A stretch of DNA of 64,000 nucleotides from Cyclonatronaceae bacterium (GTDB lineage Bacteria; Bacteroidota; Rhodothermia; Balneolales; Natronogracilivirgulaceae), in NCBI GenBank assembly GCA_046483675.1, contig JAWOCT010000065.1:21499-85498 (forward strand), given 5' to 3'. Of the stretch, positions 59,756 through 64,000 are shown in pieces. The translations under genes were made by a program, and so were the position numbers. The notes under the pieces were generated by a model. That model made no database searches, was not told the DNA's origin, and was given only the letters and a program-made list of their open reading frames with translations. Within the stretch, counting starts at the first letter, position 1. Every line of letters begins with the position of its first letter.

Positions 59756-60722
59756 CAGCCTATGGCATATCAGCACCCCTGCGGCCGGTTTGCCAATGGT
59801 TTGCATTTTGTCTGCAGAGGACGGATCACCCAAGGACTTCATTTTGTCTGCGGAGGACGGATCGGCCAAGGATACTGTAATTCAGATGGAAAATACCAGG
59901 GCGGTCAACAAGGTTTTTGAGAGATGGGTTGCCTTGATGGATGCGCGCGAATACCGGTCGGCATCAGTGGAAGCTGAGAGAATCTTTTTTCATTCCGGTG
60001 AGCGTTCCAATCGTATGCAGGCACTGCTGGCACGTAGCTGGGCTCTGAAACATCTTGGAGAATACGACCAGGCTTTTGAAAATCTGCGACGCGCCTCACC
60101 CAGGGCCCTTCCCGCGCAGCTGCAGTATCGTATACATCATGAACGGACCCTCCTGATGTATCTAAGGGAGGATTGGGAAGGTGTGCTGGCAGAATCGACT
60201 CGGTTGAACCACATGGTCCAGAATCCGGATTGGCGGCTTCTTTCGGGATATCTTCCTGTGCTGGCACTACTGGAACTGGAACGATGGGAGGAAGCCGAGG
60301 CGGAGATGCATGCTTATCTTGGCAAACTGGGGCTGTCGGGATCCCTCCCTGCCTCCCCGCCGGACCGCCTCAATCCGCGCAAGGCGGCACTGTTATCCAC
60401 ATTTCTCCCGGGATCCGGGCAGATGTATGCAGGTAAAGCCGGAGAAGGGCTTGGCAGCCTTGGCCTGCAGCTCGCAGCGCTCGGTTGGGGAGCGTATAAC
60501 GTCTACACTGGCTATTATGCCACGGCGCTGTTTACCGGCGGCGGTTTGTTTCAGGCTTTTTACTTCGGCGGTATCCAGAGGGCTGAATACCATGCCGTGG
60601 AGCACAACAAAATTAAGTCCGGGAAATACATTCGTGAGATTGCAGCCTGGTTCCTGGAGCTCGTCGAACCGTCCCTGATGCAAAAAAGGCAAACCCTTCC
60701 GGATCTGCCTTTTTTACACTGA
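59691..60722 (+). CDS. paralogous membrane protein: signal peptide + helical-repeat region + C-terminal PGSGQMYAG membrane motif
   Basis: The N-terminus is MKKSISAFCLICIFHC. The C-terminus is LLSTFLPGSGQMYAGKAGEGLGSLGLQLAALGWG followed by further TM segments. It overlaps the previous gene by 65 bp. Confidence 0.6.
   Translation: MKKSISAFCLICIFHCAPYSADSLWHISTPAAGLPMVCILSAEDGSPKDFILSAEDGSAKDTVIQMENTRAVNKVFERWVALMDAREYRSASVEAERIFFHSGERSNRMQALLARSWALKHLGEYDQAFENLRRASPRALPAQLQYRIHHERTLLMYLREDWEGVLAESTRLNHMVQNPDWRLLSGYLPVLALLELERWEEAEAEMHAYLGKLGLSGSLPASPPDRLNPRKAALLSTFLPGSGQMYAGKAGEGLGSLGLQLAALGWGAYNVYTGYYATALFTGGGLFQAFYFGGIQRAEYHAVEHNKIKSGKYIREIAAWFLELVEPSLMQKRQTLPDLPFLH
59805..59876 (+). repeat. 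36-bp tandem duplication, in frame
   Basis: attttgtctgcagaggacggatcacccaaggacttc / attttgtctgcggaggacggatcggccaaggatact, encoding ILSAEDGSPKDF / ILSAEDGSAKDT. Confidence 0.85.
60682..60715. terminator. bidirectional rho-independent terminator shared by two convergent genes
   Basis: AAAAAAGGCA-(14 nt)-TGCCTTTTTT is a perfect 10-bp inverted repeat with A and T runs. It overlaps the last codons of the + strand gene and lies 26 bp after the stop of the TM2 gene. Confidence 0.6.
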
Positions 60723-60740
60723 AACAGGTGTTAGCTATTG

Positions 60741-61172
60741 CTAATTGGTCCACATAAAGAATCGCGGATTATTGACATAGTTTTCGAAGTTTTTCTCCTC
60801 GATAAGTTCTACGAGCAACATAACCCAGTCAATCGTTGCAACGATACCACATCCACCCAACGTCAGGATGTAACCGACACCTGTCATTGTAGCTGTTCCA
60901 AGATAAAAACGGTGGACACCAAGGGGTCCAAGCACCCATGCAAGAGCAAAAGCTAATGCAGGCTCTTTGCCGTGATCTGCTTCCTGCAAGGCAGTCATAC
61001 CGAAAGCACCATTGAAGGCAGACATCGGATCGACTTGTTGTGAAGACGCGAAGAGATCATCAATTGCAGCTTCGTCGATGGAATATCGGTGGTTCGCTTC
61101 AGCCTGATAAACAGATGAGAGTGAAAGGGTCACTACGGCAAGCAGTAGTATTTTCTTCATATCATACCTCAT
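60741..61172 (-). CDS. exported TM2-domain protein
   Basis: The signal peptide is MKKILLLAVVTLSLSSVYQAEA. The TM2 signature is LAFALAWVLGPLGVHRFYLGTATMTGVGYILTLGGCGIVATIDW. Confidence 0.75.
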   Translation of the reverse strand: MRYDMKKILLLAVVTLSLSSVYQAEANHRYSIDEAAIDDLFASSQQVDPMSAFNGAFGMTALQEADHGKEPALAFALAWVLGPLGVHRFYLGTATMTGVGYILTLGGCGIVATIDWVMLLVELIEEKNFENYVNNPRFFMWTN

Positions 61173-61267
61173 AAACGTTTTATTGTTTTAATTACAACCA
61201 TGGTTTCAGGATACGAAGCTTTGCCAGTTACCCACAACCCCAAGGTGAAAATTTTCACAATAAAGCA

Positions 61268-61870
61268 TCAATATGCTGCCAGCTTCTGCTTTAGATGCTT
61301 GTTGAGAAGCTCCCGCGCCCGAAAAATGTGTGCTTTTACGGTGCCCAGCGGCAGAGACAGCTCTTCGGCGATTTCCTCGTAGCTCTTCTCTTCCATATGC
61401 CGCATCCGCACCACCAGCCGATATTTTTCCGGCAGACTTTCCACGGCATCGCGGACCATCTTGCGCCGCTGCTTGCGAATGATCTCCAGGTCCGTTCCGG
61501 CCGATTCATCGGTGAGCTCCATTCTCATCTCTCCATCCTTGCCCTGTACGGGTTCGTCAATGGACAGCGTACTGAGCTTTTTCTTTCTGAGATAGTCGAT
61601 GCTGTGATTGGTGGCGATACGGTAAATCCATGTGGAAAAGGCATATTGCCTGTTATAGGATTCCAGACAGTCAAATGCTTTGAGAAACGCCTCCTGGACC
61701 AGGTCGTCGACCACATCCCGGTTGCGTACCAGCTTCAGGATGTGAAAGTACAACGCCCGCTGGTATTTTTCCACCAATCGCTGGTAGGCCTGCTGGTCCC
61801 CGGAGAGCGCCGCTTCCACATGGGCCATATCCTGCCGGCTGCTGTCAGTCGATGTTTTCTTTTCGGTCAC
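61268..61870 (-). CDS. ECF (group 4) RNA polymerase sigma-70 factor
   Basis: Region 2 is DLVQEAFLKAF...FSTWIYRIATN. Region 4 is SYEEIAEELSLPLGTVKAHIFRAR; 200 aa. Confidence 0.9.
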   Translation of the reverse strand: MTEKKTSTDSSRQDMAHVEAALSGDQQAYQRLVEKYQRALYFHILKLVRNRDVVDDLVQEAFLKAFDCLESYNRQYAFSTWIYRIATNHSIDYLRKKKLSTLSIDEPVQGKDGEMRMELTDESAGTDLEIIRKQRRKMVRDAVESLPEKYRLVVRMRHMEEKSYEEIAEELSLPLGTVKAHIFRARELLNKHLKQKLAAY

Positions 61871-61955
61871 GAGGGCTTTTCGGAATACTTTTTACTTGAT
61901 CAGTTATACTATTTCGAGGTGAAATATAGCAAGTTTCCACATGAATCGAATCCAC

Positions 61956-62804
61956 TTATTTGCGGTAAATCAGAGCACGCCACTCATTTTCGGAGTAAAG
62001 GGCAACCTGCTCCAGCCGGCTGTATAACGGATTTCCGTAGAAGGCTTCCATATCGTTTTCCATGATACCCGAAAGCATCAAAAACCCGCCGGGTGCCAGT
62101 GACTGGATCAAGGGAGATGCCAGATCCAGCAATATATTCCTGTTGATATTCGCCAGGATCACGTTATGCGTCAGACCGGGTGGAATGCTCTCGGCTGACC
62201 CGATGCGGATATCCAGTCGCCCGGCCACGTTGTTCATACGCGCATTCTCCAGGGCATTATCGTAACTCCAGGGATCGATATCGATACCGGTCGCTTCGGA
62301 AGCACCCAAAAGCAGCGCAGCAATGGCCAGGATCCCTGTGCCCGTGCCCATGTCGAGAACCCGGTCACCGGGCCTGATGTAGATGGGAAGCTGCTGAAGG
62401 AGCAGACGGGTCGTCTCATGATACCCGGTTCCAAAAGCCATCTTCGGATCGATTGCAATCGGTATGGCATCCTCCGGCACAGTCTCATCCGTCCAGGTGG
62501 GATGCACAAAAAAACGTCCGATCCGTTGCGCCCGGATCGTCTTCTCCCATTCCTCATTCCAGTTGCGTTCCTGCAAAATTTCTTCCCCGATGATGTACCA
62601 CCTGCCTCCGGACTGCTCCAAAAGCCACTCTTCCATTTGCGTTTTTATACCATATGTAAATCTCTCTTCCAATATCCACGCATCCAGTTCATTTTCCAGC
62701 TGTTCGAATCCATCAAATCCGTAAACGACCAGTTCATCTGATACGATGTCCTGTTCTTCGGAAGGTACCCTGAGCCTGATTTTGAGAAAGTTTCTTTTTT
62801 TCAT
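61956..62804 (-). CDS. prmA: ribosomal protein L11 methyltransferase
   Basis: FHPTW, IDPKMAFGTGYHETT, and the SAM motif VLDMGTGTGILAIAA. The Met at 62804 is preferred; the ORF stays open to 62846. Confidence 0.88.
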   Translation of the reverse strand: MKKRNFLKIRLRVPSEEQDIVSDELVVYGFDGFEQLENELDAWILEERFTYGIKTQMEEWLLEQSGGRWYIIGEEILQERNWNEEWEKTIRAQRIGRFFVHPTWTDETVPEDAIPIAIDPKMAFGTGYHETTRLLLQQLPIYIRPGDRVLDMGTGTGILAIAALLLGASEATGIDIDPWSYDNALENARMNNVAGRLDIRIGSAESIPPGLTHNVILANINRNILLDLASPLIQSLAPGGFLMLSGIMENDMEAFYGNPLYSRLEQVALYSENEWRALIYRK

Positions 62805-62962
62805 GTCGCGTGAGAACAGTTTTAAGAGGTCAAACGAAAGGGGCAATGAACTGGAACGAGTTCATGCGAAGTAAATATGAGTAAGGTAAAGTTTTATGCC
62901 AAAATATGAGTATGAGTCTGCTGGTGAGCCGGGCATCCAGGGAATTTTGCCGGGAATACGAC

Positions 62963-63967
62963 TCATCGAAGGCGGTTGTAAACCAGTTCAAGCAGTACCT
63001 CACCCACTCCCCGGAGCGTTTCGGTGCCGATGACATCCATGTCGTCAGCGTGCGTGTGCCAGTGATCGGGAAAATTGACATCGGTTTGCCATGAGCGGGA
63101 CGGTTTATGGTGGATGATGTTGATGGTCGGAATACCGGTCTTCCGGTTTATGATCCAGTGGTCATCGGCAATGGAAGATCCCTTTTCATCGATGAACAGG
63201 TCGCCATATCCCATTTCCTGTGCGATGCTCCATACTTCATCGACAAGCCGGGGCGCGTATTGCATGGAAAACCCTTCCCTGGGAAAGACCGCATCCTGTC
63301 CGCCCACCAGGTCCAGCAGGATACCAAAACGCGGCCGGTAGCCGGACACCGGCGGGTGGCCCGACCAGTGGCGCGATCCCAGAAAGTAATAGTCCAGGTC
63401 GCCCTCGCGTCCATAGTCCTCTCCATCAAAAAGGATGATATCGACCCCGACGGGCGGGGGATGGTCGTGGAAAAGGCGCGCCAGTTCCAGCAGAACCCCG
63501 ACCCCGCTCCCTCCGTCGTCGGCGCCGGCAATAGGCTCATCGCGCCGTTGCCGATCAGGATCCCTTTCAGCCCTGGGCCGGGTGTCCCAATGAGCAAGAA
63601 GCATGATGCGGTCGCTGATATCCGGGCGGAATGCCGCTATGATGTTGCTCATCTCATATGTCTCCCCCCTATAGCCGGTATGGGTGAACGGTTGAACATA
63701 CACGGACTGCGGACCGGCATAGATGCGCAGCTGCCGCTCCAGGTAGTCCCGGGTGAGCCGGTGCCCTACCGATCCGGGATTGCGCGGACCGAAATCCACT
63801 TGCTGCCGGATAAATGCACGGGCCGAATCGGCGGAAAAGGCAGGCACTTCACGGCCCCGGTCGACAAAGGTGAGATGCGGTTCAGAATCGTCCGGTGCGC
63901 ATCCCCCAAGGGCGGCCAACAGCATGGTGATAAAAACGATAGCACTATGAGAACCCTGGTGTTTCAT
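62963..63967 (-). CDS. M28-family zinc peptidase / glutaminyl-cyclase-like lipoprotein
   Basis: The lipobox is ITMLLAALGGC. The M28 metal-ligand pattern is LLAHWDT, GADDGGSGV, FDGEDYG, and a late HTHAD. Confidence 0.82.
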   Translation of the reverse strand: MKHQGSHSAIVFITMLLAALGGCAPDDSEPHLTFVDRGREVPAFSADSARAFIRQQVDFGPRNPGSVGHRLTRDYLERQLRIYAGPQSVYVQPFTHTGYRGETYEMSNIIAAFRPDISDRIMLLAHWDTRPRAERDPDRQRRDEPIAGADDGGSGVGVLLELARLFHDHPPPVGVDIILFDGEDYGREGDLDYYFLGSRHWSGHPPVSGYRPRFGILLDLVGGQDAVFPREGFSMQYAPRLVDEVWSIAQEMGYGDLFIDEKGSSIADDHWIINRKTGIPTINIIHHKPSRSWQTDVNFPDHWHTHADDMDVIGTETLRGVGEVLLELVYNRLR

Positions 63968-64000
63968 GCATGGATCCAGGATTAGAACCCCGCATGGCTT

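Noticed and set aside
62857-62876. The 7-bp-stem palindrome ATGAACT-ggaacg-AGTTCAT between the M28 peptidase gene and prmA, considered as a terminator.
   Set aside because: The stem is AT-rich and short with no convincing U-run on the relevant strand, so it is too weak to call.
1-64000. Mobile elements, prophage remnants, toxin-antitoxin pairs, restriction-modification or other defence systems, and tRNA/rRNA/tmRNA/RNase P/SRP RNA genes.
   Set aside because: No transposase, integrase or recombinase motifs appear in any ORF. There are no terminal inverted repeats flanking a gene block and no cloverleaf-like sequences in the intergenic gaps. The window looks like syntenic core chromosome.

Overview
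This is a densely packed chromosomal core region of about 50 genes. No rRNA, tRNA, CRISPR array, transposase, integrase, prophage or recognisable defence gene could be supported. All protein calls rest on motif and architecture recognition in the supplied translations; no database search was possible.

**Likely taxon.** The gene content suggests an FCB-group bacterium (Bacteroidota, Balneolota or Rhodothermota-like). Evidence: a ~730-aa type III glutamine synthetase, a CNNM/GldE-like gene next to ssb, a propeller/Y_Y_Y sensor kinase, and many lipoprotein-type signal peptides.

**Recognisable genes.**
- Purine synthesis, glycolysis and translation: purD, tpiA, gatB.
- Amine and acid metabolism: agmatine deiminase, an aldehyde (succinate-semialdehyde-like) dehydrogenase, and an acetolactate-synthase-like TPP enzyme.
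- Proteolysis: two S9 serine peptidases and an M28 peptidase.
- DNA and RNA: nfo, dnaE, ssb, thpR, and an ATP-dependent DNA ligase paired with an MBL-fold exonuclease.
- Regulation: a NarL-type two-component pair and an ECF sigma factor.
- Central metabolism: acnA, trxA, tkt, purB, acylphosphatase and a GH13 amylase-family enzyme.
- Menaquinone synthesis: menA, menC and menE.
- Other: a CaCA antiporter, htpX, a Tat-exported alkaline phosphatase, queG and prmA.

**Main unusual observations.**
1. At least ten genes carry hydrophilic low-complexity insertions encoded by in-frame short tandem DNA repeats, most with an 18-bp period.
2. A 16-bp unit repeated 5-6 times sits directly upstream of dnaE.
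3. One protein has a complete S1-S4 voltage-sensor-like domain but no pore, and its gene is translationally coupled to queG.
4. A four-gene translationally coupled envelope cluster (LolA-like protein, exported YidD-domain protein, two paralogous helical-repeat membrane proteins) lies next to a TM2-domain gene and an ECF sigma factor.
5. An S9 peptidase is fused to an FGE/SUMF1-like domain.
6. An orphan minus-strand terminator and a perfect 18-bp palindrome lie upstream of acnA.
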